Assembly (NCBI GenBank): GCA_018670095.1 | Contig: JABHRR010000029.1 | Span: 1 to 48,046, forward strand | Direction: 5' to 3' | DNA from: Candidatus Woesearchaeota archaeon | GTDB lineage: Archaea > Nanobdellota > Nanobdellia > Woesearchaeales > GW2011-AR9 | Length of the DNA: 48,046 bases | Shown: in pieces, positions 36,690-46,835 of the stretch | Layout: every line of letters starts with the position of its first letter | Numbering within the stretch: the first letter of the stretch is position 1 | Notes under the pieces: generated by a model | What the model was told of the DNA's origin: nothing | The model's input: the letters and a program-made list of their open reading frames with translations, nothing else | The model's database searches: none | Translations under genes and position numbers: made by a program

Positions 36690-37826
36690 TCAGTTAACAA
36701 AATCAACTTCCATTTCTAACTGATCAGCAGTAGGATACTCAACCACAATCGCTGGAACCAATCCCAAATTAATAATTTGAGTTTTATTCTTCTTCACAGT
36801 TTTTTTAGAAACTAAGATTCTAGGTTTAGCTTCATCTAAGAAAATTTCATTATCTTTCAATTTTAATTTCTTCTGAACAGAACCAAACAATTCTTTCAAC
36901 TCACTAATTACAGCAGAATGATCTTCTTTCAAACTCTCTCGATAACCTGCTCCTGGTTTCAATGAATCCAAATACAAAGCACCACGAGTTAACATTCCTT
37001 CTTTATCAACAATGTCAAAATCTTTATGAGAATATTTTGCTTCCCTTTTAATTCTTTCAGATAATTGAGTAGCATCTTTCAATTTTGCAGTACAAACATG
37101 AACAGCTAAATCATACTCTTTTTCTTCTGCATACTCCATTAATTTTAATCCTAACTCTAAAGAATCTTTAACAGCGTAACTCATTTCATCTTTAACTTTG
37201 AAACCCATTTCTAACAATTTTGAACAACTATTATCAGCAACTTCTAACTCATTCAAATTTAGAAAATCAACTTTATCGTGAACATGATTAATTAATTTTT
37301 TCATTTCTTTTTCTTTACCAGGAATTAAAGGAACTTCTACACCAACTTGCCAAGGAAACTTTCTCGCCACTGCTAATTTATTCCAAAACGATTCACTTTC
37401 CAAATCTAAATGAAACCGAATTTCATCTAATCCTGCCATATACAACTTTTGCAACAAATCATCATTAACTAATCTTAAAGAAGTATAAAGATGAGCATGA
37501 AACTGTTTTCCAAAATGTTTTTTTAATTTAGTTATAAAACGAACCGTTCGATCAATCTTAACTAAAGGATCTCCACCAGTAATTCCTACCCCTTTAGCTT
37601 TCATCAACTCTGCTTCTTTAATCACATCTTCAGAAGAAAAAACTCTTCGTTCATTTGCAAAAGCAACATCTTTACCAGACTTTTCATCAGATACAGGACA
37701 GAAATAACATTTTCGAGGACATAAACCAGTAACAAACAAAACTAACTTTTCTCCTTTCACACACATCTTACAGCCTTTCGGCAAACTCTTATTATTGTAT
37801 GAATAAAATTTATTTATGTTCACCAT
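36690..37826 (-). CDS. Radical SAM protein (archaeal PFL-activating-like family)
   Basis: GCKMC..G.KLVLFVTGLCPRKCYFCP, ITGGDP, GLDEIRFH, LNLNELE. Confidence 0.9.
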   Translation of the reverse strand: MVNINKFYSYNNKSLPKGCKMCVKGEKLVLFVTGLCPRKCYFCPVSDEKSGKDVAFANERRVFSSEDVIKEAELMKAKGVGITGGDPLVKIDRTVRFITKLKKHFGKQFHAHLYTSLRLVNDDLLQKLYMAGLDEIRFHLDLESESFWNKLAVARKFPWQVGVEVPLIPGKEKEMKKLINHVHDKVDFLNLNELEVADNSCSKLLEMGFKVKDEMSYAVKDSLELGLKLMEYAEEKEYDLAVHVCTAKLKDATQLSERIKREAKYSHKDFDIVDKEGMLTRGALYLDSLKPGAGYRESLKEDHSAVISELKELFGSVQKKLKLKDNEIFLDEAKPRILVSKKTVKKNKTQIINLGLVPAIVVEYPTADQLEMEVDFVN

Positions 37827-37831
37827 TTTTA

Positions 37832-39247
37832 TTATATAAAAGGATGCCCCTTAATTATTTCAGTTGAGATAGTGCCTTTTTTAATACCATCTAAAAAGCC
37901 ATCATGAAATTTAAGATATCCAACTTCTTCAGAAATCTGACCTAAAGTATGAAAATAATCTCTAAATTGATCAGGAGCAGTACAACCATCAAATATCTGG
38001 TCCATCCCCATTAATTCTAAAAATAAAGTGTGCAAATAACTAGCATCGTTTTTTTTCCTTTCTTCCATATCTTCTTTCATTCCCGCTCTCTTTTTTCTTT
38101 TATGATAAATTATTGGAAGTTGTAATTGTTTTACCATTGCATTAGCAAAAACTCCTAATAAAAAATTGTTATATTCTTCTTTACCTAATTTAGTCTCACA
38201 AAGATATTCAGCAAACTCACCATTCTCTGCCTGTTTCAATACTTTTATTGCTTCGTCATCTTTATTTTCATAAGCATGTTCAAGAGCTAAATATCGATTA
38301 ATAAGATTAGAAAATTCACCACCCCGAATAATGTAATTATTTCCAATAGGGTGAATAACTAAAGCTGAACCCAAATCAGTAGATTCATAATCAATATGGA
38401 AAGTTTCTAAATCGATAGTAACAGGTTCTTTTTCTTCTTCTGACGCATCTTGATCAGGAATAATTAAATGGTTAGCGTGAAAATCTCCATGCACAAATAA
38501 TTCTCTATCATGAAATGCTTTCTTCTTTAAACCCCATAATTTACCAACTAAATCATCAATTCGAGAAGTACTCTTTTTTGGTACCATTAATTTACGAAAA
38601 TTTTCTTTAAGAAGTTGTTCATTAGCTGCTGAGAACTCTTTTGCTTCTCTATAATAAGAAGGATATTTTTGATGATATTTTTCATGGTCGGCATTAACAG
38701 AACCAACGAAACGAGCTACCCCTCCAACAAATTCGTATAAAGCAGATTTCATTTCTCCATATAAAAGTTTACTTGTTGGCTTATCTTCTAATTGTTTTAC
38801 AATATTAACCAATTTAATCCAAGAACTTTCTCCATGAATACGTTTAATAACACTCATGTTGTTATCAGTATCAACCAAATGTGAAGCCGGCACTTTTCCA
38901 GAACCAGAAATATCTGTAATGTTATTTAAATTTCTACTCTCTCTACTTTGTAAAGAATTTGGATTATTAAAAAGTTTATGATACTTTCCAAGTGATCGTC
39001 CCATATGTAAATATCTTTTTGCTACTACGGACAACTCATAATCATCTTCTCTCATTAAAGTAGCATCAATTAATTGAGCATGATTAGTTCTTCGATTATT
39101 TTTAACAGAAACTAACTGATAATCTGGTGTATATCTTTGTAATGAAGAAGTTATTGCTTCTTTAAATTTAACATTACTCAAATCTCTAACAAGCCTACGT
39201 TTTTTAGCTTTCTTCCTACTACCAGCTACCATAAAAGAAAAAATCAT
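37832..39247 (-). CDS. APH/choline kinase-like phosphotransferase
   Basis: VVAKRY Lys; HGDFHANH catalytic loop; IDLE. Confidence 0.65.
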   Translation of the reverse strand: MIFSFMVAGSRKKAKKRRLVRDLSNVKFKEAITSSLQRYTPDYQLVSVKNNRRTNHAQLIDATLMREDDYELSVVAKRYLHMGRSLGKYHKLFNNPNSLQSRESRNLNNITDISGSGKVPASHLVDTDNNMSVIKRIHGESSWIKLVNIVKQLEDKPTSKLLYGEMKSALYEFVGGVARFVGSVNADHEKYHQKYPSYYREAKEFSAANEQLLKENFRKLMVPKKSTSRIDDLVGKLWGLKKKAFHDRELFVHGDFHANHLIIPDQDASEEEKEPVTIDLETFHIDYESTDLGSALVIHPIGNNYIIRGGEFSNLINRYLALEHAYENKDDEAIKVLKQAENGEFAEYLCETKLGKEEYNNFLLGVFANAMVKQLQLPIIYHKRKKRAGMKEDMEERKKNDASYLHTLFLELMGMDQIFDGCTAPDQFRDYFHTLGQISEEVGYLKFHDGFLDGIKKGTISTEIIKGHPFI

Positions 39248-39290
39248 CTTTCTTTTTTAAAGGTTTCTGTGATTTACTATCAAGAGATAG

Positions 39291-40244
39291 TTACTCTAAG
39301 GTATAAACTATCCTTCCTAAATTATGAATATTTGTTACTAATCTTTGTAATCGATTAACAACTTTGTTCAAATGCTCAATTTTTTGTACTTCGTTTTCCA
39401 GTTTATCTAAATCTTTTTCAAAATCCATCTTCAAATCAGAAAGTTTAAATGCAGCTTCAATATCTTTCTTGTAAAAAGATTTCATAGTACCAACGTAATA
39501 ATCTCGCATTTTCTCTAAAAATGATTTAATTTGTTTCTTGATTTCTGGAGAACCTTCAATCATCCGAGCATAACGTATAGCTCTTCTTACTTCATCAGCA
39601 ATAACTTCAATGTAAAATCCCATAAATAAACTTCTTAACATATCCATTGGAGTTAATTTAAAATTCTTCATTGCTTTGGTAGGATTTTCCATATTAAAAA
39701 GTGCTGCCCGGTAAAGTAAAAAATAAAGGCGATTAACATCTTTATCTCTATCATTAATGCTATCATAATTACATTCTTCGAAAACTTGACAACTTTCATT
39801 AATCATTGTCCTAGTTACAACGTCCATCTTTTGAATTAGTTCTAGTAAAGAAACATTATCCATATCAAGAAAATCTTTAGCTACAATTGTATCTGAAGTT
39901 TGTTCCATAATTTCAAGAGCAATTAAATTCTGAACAACATTCTGTAATTCTTTAACTTTGTTTTTTATCTCACTACCTTGAAGAACAATTTCATGATTAT
40001 TAAGAATATAACCACTACAAACTTCTCTCCAAATCCAATGTGGTGATTTCTTATCAATGTCTATAATTTTTCTTTTATTTTCTTTCTTTTCAGAAGATTC
40101 TTTCTTACTTAAAATCAAATTACTTCCACTTTCTTCAATATAAATATGATCACCTTTCTTTAGCTTATTTTGAATAACCCAAGGTTTAGGAATAGAAACA
40201 ACATAACTGCTTTTCCCAAATGATATTAGTTTTCTATATTCCAT
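39291..40244 (-). CDS. AbrB-PhoU phosphate uptake regulator
   Basis: MEYRKL...SSYVVSIPKPWV..N.LKKGD; DKDVNRLYFL; EVIADE. Confidence 0.85.
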   Translation of the reverse strand: MEYRKLISFGKSSYVVSIPKPWVIQNKLKKGDHIYIEESGSNLILSKKESSEKKENKRKIIDIDKKSPHWIWREVCSGYILNNHEIVLQGSEIKNKVKELQNVVQNLIALEIMEQTSDTIVAKDFLDMDNVSLLELIQKMDVVTRTMINESCQVFEECNYDSINDRDKDVNRLYFLLYRAALFNMENPTKAMKNFKLTPMDMLRSLFMGFYIEVIADEVRRAIRYARMIEGSPEIKKQIKSFLEKMRDYYVGTMKSFYKKDIEAAFKLSDLKMDFEKDLDKLENEVQKIEHLNKVVNRLQRLVTNIHNLGRIVYTLE

Positions 40245-40314
40245 TTTAATTATCCTCCTAATTTAAAATGGATTTTAAAAATTCAAACTGAATTTTTCTA
40301 TATTCCATTTTAAT
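40230..40314 (-). repeat. 21-bp duplication of the regulator's start region, creating a 16-aa upstream ORF (40258..40308)
   Basis: TTTTCTATATTCCATTTTAAT at 40230..40250 and 40294..40314; each copy has an upstream GGAGG on the minus strand. Confidence 0.8.
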
Positions 40315-40449
40315 CCTCCAAATCCATCTCCCTCTATTTCCCCGTAATATTTCCGAATAAGCATATACTAGATATATAGCATTGAGGAAATGTATTTATA
40401 TTTAAATGTTTTGTAACAAATACAGCTAATATCAAATTAGTTAACCGGG

Positions 40450-40707
40450 GTGGTCAAAATGTTCAACAAAGTAATACAGATATTGTCAAAACCAAAGAAA
40501 AATAATAAGGAAGACATTTATTCTAAAGAAGTAAGAGAACAGCTTCTAGATGAAGGAGCATTAAACATTGAAGAAGACGGCTTTATGGAAGGCTATGGGG
40601 AAGAAGAGTTCATTGATGATCATGAATATGATGACGATGATGATGATGATAACCATGACGACAAATATTCGTGGAAAAGTGAAAATAATTATGAAAGTGG
40701 TTACTAA
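40450..40707 (+). CDS. Small acidic hypothetical protein
   Basis: EEDGFMEGY plus Asp run; ATG at 40459 is an alternative start. Confidence 0.6.
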   Translation: MVKMFNKVIQILSKPKKNNKEDIYSKEVREQLLDEGALNIEEDGFMEGYGEEEFIDDHEYDDDDDDDNHDDKYSWKSENNYESGY

Positions 40708-40710
40708 ACT

Positions 40711-40911
40711 ATGTCACTTAAAAAAATATTAGGATTAGAATCATTTCCGATAAACAATTCGGAAATAATGCGTAAGATAGTCGAAGCTCAACGTAATAAT
40801 ATCGAAACTATCGAATTCTCTTCAGGAATTAAGAAGGTTAGAATTAATATTAGTAACATTCCTTCTTCTAAAATAATCTGGCAACAAAACGACTACCGAG
40901 GCATAGGGTAG
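40711..40911 (+). CDS. Small hypothetical protein
   Basis: ORF 3 nt downstream of the previous gene. Confidence 0.55.
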   Translation: MSLKKILGLESFPINNSEIMRKIVEAQRNNIETIEFSSGIKKVRINISNIPSSKIIWQQNDYRGIG

Positions 40912-40958
40912 CAAGTAAACACAAAACATATTTAAACCTCAACTAATTTCTCTACTTA

Positions 40959-41771
40959 ATGAATTATTTAAAAAGAGGTTTGAAGAACACTTATCAAGCG
41001 ATAAAGAAACACAAATTACTATTCTTCAGTCTAATTATTCTGCAAATAATCTTGATTGTCGTTACTTCTATGGTAACATTAGAGTATCAAATAAAAATAT
41101 TAGATAACACTAAAGGAATAATGGAGCCGATAGAACAAGGAAACTATGATTCCGATAGTATTCAAGAAGGTGAATTGTTTACTCAAGATACTCTAAAAAT
41201 ATATCAAAGTTATCGTTCTTTAACCAAAAATATTCTTCATTATTGTTTATGGATCTTAGGAATATTTATAATTTTTAACGGAGGATTATGGATTTTAGTG
41301 CATTCACTCTTTGAAAGAAAAAATTTCCATGAAACTATGCACGCCTATTTGAAGTTCTTCTTCTCTACAATCATCTCCATCATCCCATTTTTCATTATTG
41401 CTTATTATTTCCTCAAAAAAATGGTGGAAGAAATTTCAGTTACAAATGTTTCCCAATTAATTCAAAACACATCTTATGCTTTGATAATTGTCTACTTTTT
41501 CTTACTAATCGCTTTTGCTTTCATTGATGTAAGATCTTGGAAACTATTTTTCAAAAAATGGTTTAAAGTCGGAATTAAAAATATTCACAAGAGCATATCA
41601 GTATTATTAATCAATTTAACATTAATTCTTGGTAGTGGATATTTAATTTACCGTTATTTATACGAAGAAACATTCTTCTTGATGATTTTATTCAGCGCCC
41701 TATTTGTGATTATTTTAGTTCTCACAAAAATATTCTGGATAGCTTGCCTGAAAGAAATTGGAAAAAATTAA
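40959..41771 (+). CDS. Multi-pass membrane protein
   Basis: About 6 hydrophobic segments. Confidence 0.7.
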   Translation: MNYLKRGLKNTYQAIKKHKLLFFSLIILQIILIVVTSMVTLEYQIKILDNTKGIMEPIEQGNYDSDSIQEGELFTQDTLKIYQSYRSLTKNILHYCLWILGIFIIFNGGLWILVHSLFERKNFHETMHAYLKFFFSTIISIIPFFIIAYYFLKKMVEEISVTNVSQLIQNTSYALIIVYFFLLIAFAFIDVRSWKLFFKKWFKVGIKNIHKSISVLLINLTLILGSGYLIYRYLYEETFFLMILFSALFVIILVLTKIFWIACLKEIGKN

Positions 41772-41772
41772 C

Positions 41773-42381
41773 TTAAAATAAACTTGTATCCCCGGCTAAA
41801 ATTCTATTAATTAAATCATAAATTTCTGGATCTTTTTTCTTAAGTTTCTTGTTTCCACTAAGAAGCCCGTAAAAACCTTTACCTAAATAATATTCTCCAG
41901 CAGAAGCAAAATACTCTTTTACATTATTCAGTTGATTCTTAGTTACAACTCGATTTTCACTTAAACATTTATCAAATAAACGAGAAATTTCTATTTTAGT
42001 TTTCCTATTCAAAATGTTTTCATGAAGATGATGAAATATTTCATGTCTAACAGTAGCCACATTAACAAAGTCAAGTAATAAAATTACTTTGTAACAATGA
42101 TATGCCCCTGCTGCATTTCCTAAACCTCTTAACATTTCTAAAGAATGCTTTGTACTCCCTACTTTTTTTGCCAAAAATTTGATGAAATTCTGGTTCAACA
42201 TCAGTTCTTGCGGTTTTAAGCTTGAAGGAACAACTAAAATCTTTAAGTCTGATTCTTTAATTAACGCTAAAATATTAAAGAAACCTTTTAATGCCAATTC
42301 AATTTTAGAATAAATCTTTTTATCAATCTTGTTAGGAAAGAAAAATTCACATTTCGTTGTTTCTGCGATTATATCTTGCAT
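41773..42381 (-). CDS. Zinc metallopeptidase, MtfA/anthrax-LF-like
   Basis: VRHEIFHH...KEYFASA.E.Y...LKKKDPEIYDLI. Confidence 0.7.
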   Translation of the reverse strand: MQDIIAETTKCEFFFPNKIDKKIYSKIELALKGFFNILALIKESDLKILVVPSSLKPQELMLNQNFIKFLAKKVGSTKHSLEMLRGLGNAAGAYHCYKVILLLDFVNVATVRHEIFHHLHENILNRKTKIEISRLFDKCLSENRVVTKNQLNNVKEYFASAGEYYLGKGFYGLLSGNKKLKKKDPEIYDLINRILAGDTSLF

Positions 42382-42452
42382 TTGATTAAAGTAAACAAAG
42401 AAGGTTTAAAAATATTACTAACAAAAACTATTATAAACCCTAAAATAATTCT

Positions 42453-42830
42453 ATGACTATGAGAAAAATAATCTTGGATACAAATGCCCTGATGGCTATC
42501 GCTGAGTTTAAGATAGATTTATTCTCAGAATTAGAAAGGATCTGCGATTTCACTTATGACCTATATATATTAGAAGGAACTATCAAAGAATTGAGAAAAA
42601 TTATGGAAGAGCAACGACAAAAGTTCAAACGGGCAGCTAAACTGGCTTTAGCGATTGTTAAAGCTAAAGGAATCAAGAAAATTGCTTCTTCAAATTATGT
42701 AGATGACGAATTGGTTGAACTTTCTAAGAAAGGTAATTTAGTTCTCACGCAAGATATTGAATTGAAGAAGAGATTAACTAAACCCTATTTTACTATTAGA
42801 CAAAAGAAGAGAGTTGTGTTAGTTAAGTAA
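42453..42830 (+). CDS. PIN-domain protein (Fcf1/Utp24-like)
   Basis: IILDTNALM, VDD, VLTQD.ELK, IRQKK. Confidence 0.85.
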   Translation: MTMRKIILDTNALMAIAEFKIDLFSELERICDFTYDLYILEGTIKELRKIMEEQRQKFKRAAKLALAIVKAKGIKKIASSNYVDDELVELSKKGNLVLTQDIELKKRLTKPYFTIRQKKRVVLVK

Positions 42831-42926
42831 CATACCCACTCCAGAATAACAAAACATTTAAATATGATTTCTTATCAAAGATGTAAATATAATAAAAACA
42901 TTAAATTCCGTGGGGTGGAAAATTAA

Positions 42927-44930
42927 ATGATAGGAATAATTTCAATAATTGTTAGTTTAATTGCTTTAGCATACGCTGGTTATCTTTCTATGAAAATCTT
43001 AAAGATAGATCCAGGTACAGAGAAAATGCAAGAAATTGCTAATGCAATCAAAGAAGGAGCTATGGCTTACATGGCTCGACAGTATAAAACCATTGCTATT
43101 TTTGCAGTAATTATTACGGCGATACTTTACTTTCTGTTTGGTATTCCAATTGCAGCAGGATTCTTATTTGGAGCAATCTTATCTGGAATCTCAGGTTTTA
43201 TTGGAATGAGTATTTCTGTAAGAGCAAACGTTCGTACTGCTCAAACTGCTAAAAAAGGTATCGGTGAAGCGTTACAAGTTGCTTTTCAGGGTGGAGCAGT
43301 TACCGGAATGGCAGTTGTTGGTTTAGCTTTACTAGCAGTAAGTATTTTCTATACAATCTTTAAAGACCCCGCAATGTTAGTTGGATTAGGTTTTGGAGCA
43401 AGTTTAATTTCATTATTCGCACGAGTTGGTGGCGGAATTTATACTAAAGCTGCTGATGTTGGTGCAGATTTAGTTGGTAAAATTGAAAAGGGTATCCCTG
43501 AAGACGATCCTAGAAACCCAGCTGTTATCGCTGATAACGTTGGAGATAATGTTGGTGATTGTGCAGGAATGGGTGCTGACCTGTATGAAACTTATGTAGT
43601 TACACTTTTAGCAGCAATGTTACTAGCTATGATTCCATCCGTTTCCAGTACTTATAATATGGCAATTGAATTACCATTAATGTTTGGTAGTGTTGCGATT
43701 ATTGGTTCAATCATTGGAACTTGGTTTGTCCGTTTAGGAAAGAAATCAAAAAATATCATGGGCGCTTTGTATAAAGGTTTAGTTGCCGCTGGATTATTAT
43801 CAGCTGCAGGATTTTACGGAGTTATCTGGTATACTAACAATCCTTTAAACTTATTTTATGTAGCACTTATCGGTTTAGTAATTACTATTCTAATTAATGT
43901 TGTTACTGAATATTACACTAGTACAAAGTATCGGCCAGTAAAAGCTGTTGCTGAAGCTTCTTTAACTGGAGCAGGTACAAACATTATTCGTGGCTTAGCA
44001 ATTGGTATGGAATCAACTGTTGTCCCTGTATTGATTATTTGTGTAGGAATTGTTGGTGCATATGCTTTAGCAGGAGTTTACGGAATTGCTATCGCCGCAG
44101 TATCAATGTTATCATTAACAGGAATTATCATTGCCCTTGATTCTTACGGGCCAATTACTGATAATGCTGGCGGAATTGCAGAAATGGCTGGCTTGGATAA
44201 AAAAGTTAGAAAAAATACTGACGCTTTAGATTCTGTTGGTAATACTACCAAAGCAGTTACTAAAGGTTATGCAATTGGTTCAGCTGCACTTGGTTCATTA
44301 GCTTTGTTCGTGGCATTTACTCAAGAAATTAAACTTGTGATTGATACGCCAATAAGTTTCTTGTTAACTAACCCTGCAGTTGTTGTGGGATTAATTATCG
44401 GAGCAATGTTACCTTTCGCTTTCTCAGCTGTGTTGATGACTGCAGTAGGAAGTTCTGCTCATGCAATCGTTTTAGAAGTAAGAAGACAATTTAAAGAAAT
44501 CAAAGGCATTATGTCTGGAAAAGCTAAACCTGATTATGCAAGATGTGTAGACATTGTTACTAAAGCAGCTTTGAAAAATATGATTTTACCAGCAGTGATT
44601 GCTGTTGCTGCTCCTCTTGCGGTCGGATTATTGTTAGGAATAAAAGCATTAGGTGGATTATTAATCGGAGTAATCTTATCTGGATTAGTTATGGCTTTAT
44701 TCATGAGCAATTCCGGAGCAACTTGGGATAATGCTAAGAAGTACATTGAAGATGGTAAGCATGGTGGTAAAGGTAGTGATGCACATAAAGCAGCAATTGT
44801 TGGCGATACTGTAGGAGATCCATTTAAAGATACTGCAGGACCTGCATTGAACGCTTTGATTAAAGTTATCAATACTTTAGCAATCGTTTTCGCACCGCTA
44901 TTTGTAATGTACGGCTTAAATCTATTTTAA
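42927..44930 (+). CDS. hppA: Membrane-bound ion-translocating pyrophosphatase, K+-independent signature
   Basis: GGGIYTKAADVGADLVGK.E, DNVGDNVGD, GNTTKA, GDTVGDPFKDT. Confidence 0.95.
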   Translation: MIGIISIIVSLIALAYAGYLSMKILKIDPGTEKMQEIANAIKEGAMAYMARQYKTIAIFAVIITAILYFLFGIPIAAGFLFGAILSGISGFIGMSISVRANVRTAQTAKKGIGEALQVAFQGGAVTGMAVVGLALLAVSIFYTIFKDPAMLVGLGFGASLISLFARVGGGIYTKAADVGADLVGKIEKGIPEDDPRNPAVIADNVGDNVGDCAGMGADLYETYVVTLLAAMLLAMIPSVSSTYNMAIELPLMFGSVAIIGSIIGTWFVRLGKKSKNIMGALYKGLVAAGLLSAAGFYGVIWYTNNPLNLFYVALIGLVITILINVVTEYYTSTKYRPVKAVAEASLTGAGTNIIRGLAIGMESTVVPVLIICVGIVGAYALAGVYGIAIAAVSMLSLTGIIIALDSYGPITDNAGGIAEMAGLDKKVRKNTDALDSVGNTTKAVTKGYAIGSAALGSLALFVAFTQEIKLVIDTPISFLLTNPAVVVGLIIGAMLPFAFSAVLMTAVGSSAHAIVLEVRRQFKEIKGIMSGKAKPDYARCVDIVTKAALKNMILPAVIAVAAPLAVGLLLGIKALGGLLIGVILSGLVMALFMSNSGATWDNAKKYIEDGKHGGKGSDAHKAAIVGDTVGDPFKDTAGPALNALIKVINTLAIVFAPLFVMYGLNLF

Positions 44931-45040
44931 ATATGGCAACGACCATATTTAGAACATCAAAAAACATATTTGTTTTTTGTTTGTTTTAATTTCTTTTTTT
45001 TTAATTTAATTTTTTAAATAATAAATGGGATGATATAAAA

Positions 45041-45469
45041 ATGGTAGAAAAAGTAAATTTAAATATTGGAATTGAAAATAAATCAAACCTTGAATTAATC
45101 CTAGGATCATCAGATTTAGTTCAAAAAAATGAGTTACATGTTCAAAGAGGAAAAGAATATTCAAAAGAAATTGCTAGTGCTGATTCTAATTTTTCAATTG
45201 CACTTGTAGCAATGGCAGATGAAGGAACCCCAAACTACACTATTGGATATATTAATAATGTTAAAGTAATTTTTAATAATGTTCAAGCAAGCCCACTAAT
45301 AATAAATAATGGAATGGTGCAAAGAGCTTTAGAAGAATTTACTGAAAATAGTATTTATCCAACATACAAGCTTATGCTTGTTAGTCCAAGAACAGACTGG
45401 TCTGAGTTATTAGGAGACAAAGGAACTTTAGCACATTATGCAACACCAGATAGAATTTATGAGAAATAA
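45041..45469 (+). CDS. Hypothetical protein
   Basis: ORF only. Confidence 0.55.
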   Translation: MVEKVNLNIGIENKSNLELILGSSDLVQKNELHVQRGKEYSKEIASADSNFSIALVAMADEGTPNYTIGYINNVKVIFNNVQASPLIINNGMVQRALEEFTENSIYPTYKLMLVSPRTDWSELLGDKGTLAHYATPDRIYEK

Positions 45470-45476
45470 TAAACAA

Positions 45477-45914
45477 TCAAATTCTTTTTCTAGAATCAAT
45501 TGCAGAATAAATACCTTTTTCCAATATATATGGGCAACGGTTTATTTCCATTTTATCAAGAACTAGATCAGCATCTGCTTCTTTCCATTTCACTTTATAA
45601 TCAACAAAATCCAAATTACCAGAAATTCCTAAAATAGCAAGCCTTTTTCCAGATGGACATTCTCTTGCTGCAGAACAAAATTCATAACCAAACATCTTAT
45701 CCATTTCTGTATCTACAACCGCAGCATCAAATTTTTTTTCTTTAATTAACTTTAAAGCTTCATATCCATCAGCCACTCCATAAACATTAAAACCGGCAAT
45801 TTCAAGTCTCGCACTAGTCAATTCTCTATGGGCTGCTTCATCATCTACTACTAATACGCTTGGTCCGCTTAATACTGCTTGTCCAGGTTCAAATATTTGA
45901 TCTATTAATGACAT
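45477..45914 (-). CDS. Stand-alone response regulator receiver domain
   Basis: VLVVDDE, AVVDTEM (phospho-Asp), GISG, LDK. Confidence 0.82.
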   Translation of the reverse strand: MSLIDQIFEPGQAVLSGPSVLVVDDEAAHRELTSARLEIAGFNVYGVADGYEALKLIKEKKFDAAVVDTEMDKMFGYEFCSAARECPSGKRLAILGISGNLDFVDYKVKWKEADADLVLDKMEINRCPYILEKGIYSAIDSRKRI

Positions 45915-46003
45915 GAAGCTAGCATTTCGTTCGTTTTGTTTATAAAGCTATCGGTTCAATATATGATGTATATGCTTTTTGTAGAATAAGAGAGAATAAT
46001 TGA

Positions 46004-46252
46004 TTATAACTGAACACCACTAACTATATTAAGCAATATATTTTTTGTTCTCTGGTCATAAATTTTTGTTTTGTCTGTTGCAGAAATATCCACCAATACA
46101 GGTTCTTCTACAATATCGAGAGGAGGCAAACGTTTTGTGTAATCAACAACTTGGTCTATAGATTTCATGGAAATATAAGCGTCATTTTTAGAAGAACCCA
46201 CTAAATAAGTTCCATCTTCCAGTCCAAAAACTTCTAGTCCGTATTCAACCAT
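46004..46252 (-). CDS. Hypothetical protein
   Basis: Start at MVEYGL (46252) preferred. Confidence 0.5.
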   Translation of the reverse strand: MVEYGLEVFGLEDGTYLVGSSKNDAYISMKSIDQVVDYTKRLPPLDIVEEPVLVDISATDKTKIYDQRTKNILLNIVSGVQL

Positions 46253-46354
46253 ATTTGATTTTATTTTGTAGCAGTTATAAAGTTTACTAAACAAATTAAA
46301 AATATAGGTTAAAGAACAATAAAGTTTATAATTAAAAAAAAAATCTAAATCCAC

Positions 46355-46762
46355 ATGATAATCTCAACACTGCCAATTTTAGACTTTCCGAGCCATCCGG
46401 GAATCCTCCCAGAGTTTTCTACTGAAGAAACTAGTAGTTTAGAGGAAGCCATTAAAGAAGATTTTGGAGAAAAAGGATTAGAAAGATTTAAAGAATATAA
46501 GATACAAATTAGTGCTCCAGGATATGATTTTTCTTTAGGTTTTGAAAGAGACGGTGATTTATTAACATTATCTACAGAAAATCCAACGAGTGGTAGAATT
46601 TATAGTATTGCCACTCAAGAGATTAAAGGAATCAGTGCCCAAGATGGAACTTTTCATTATCGTAAAGAAAGTAATGATAAAAGAAGAATTTCAATTGATC
46701 TTGATTTGAATCCTAATGACAAAGAATGCCAATATCTAAGATTATCATTCAATTCTATTTAA
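46355..46762 (+). CDS. Hypothetical protein
   Basis: ORF with TATA-like TTTATAA upstream. Confidence 0.55.
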   Translation: MIISTLPILDFPSHPGILPEFSTEETSSLEEAIKEDFGEKGLERFKEYKIQISAPGYDFSLGFERDGDLLTLSTENPTSGRIYSIATQEIKGISAQDGTFHYRKESNDKRRISIDLDLNPNDKECQYLRLSFNSI

Positions 46763-46835
46763 TTTTTGTTTTTTAGTTTCAACTTCTCTCAAACCAACCG
46801 CCAAATTTATAAATAAGATAAAAGATATAAGTAAT

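Noticed and set aside
40617-40662. GAT/GAC microsatellite as a contingency locus
   Set aside because: An imperfect in-frame triplet run encoding a poly-Asp tract; slippage would not shift the frame.
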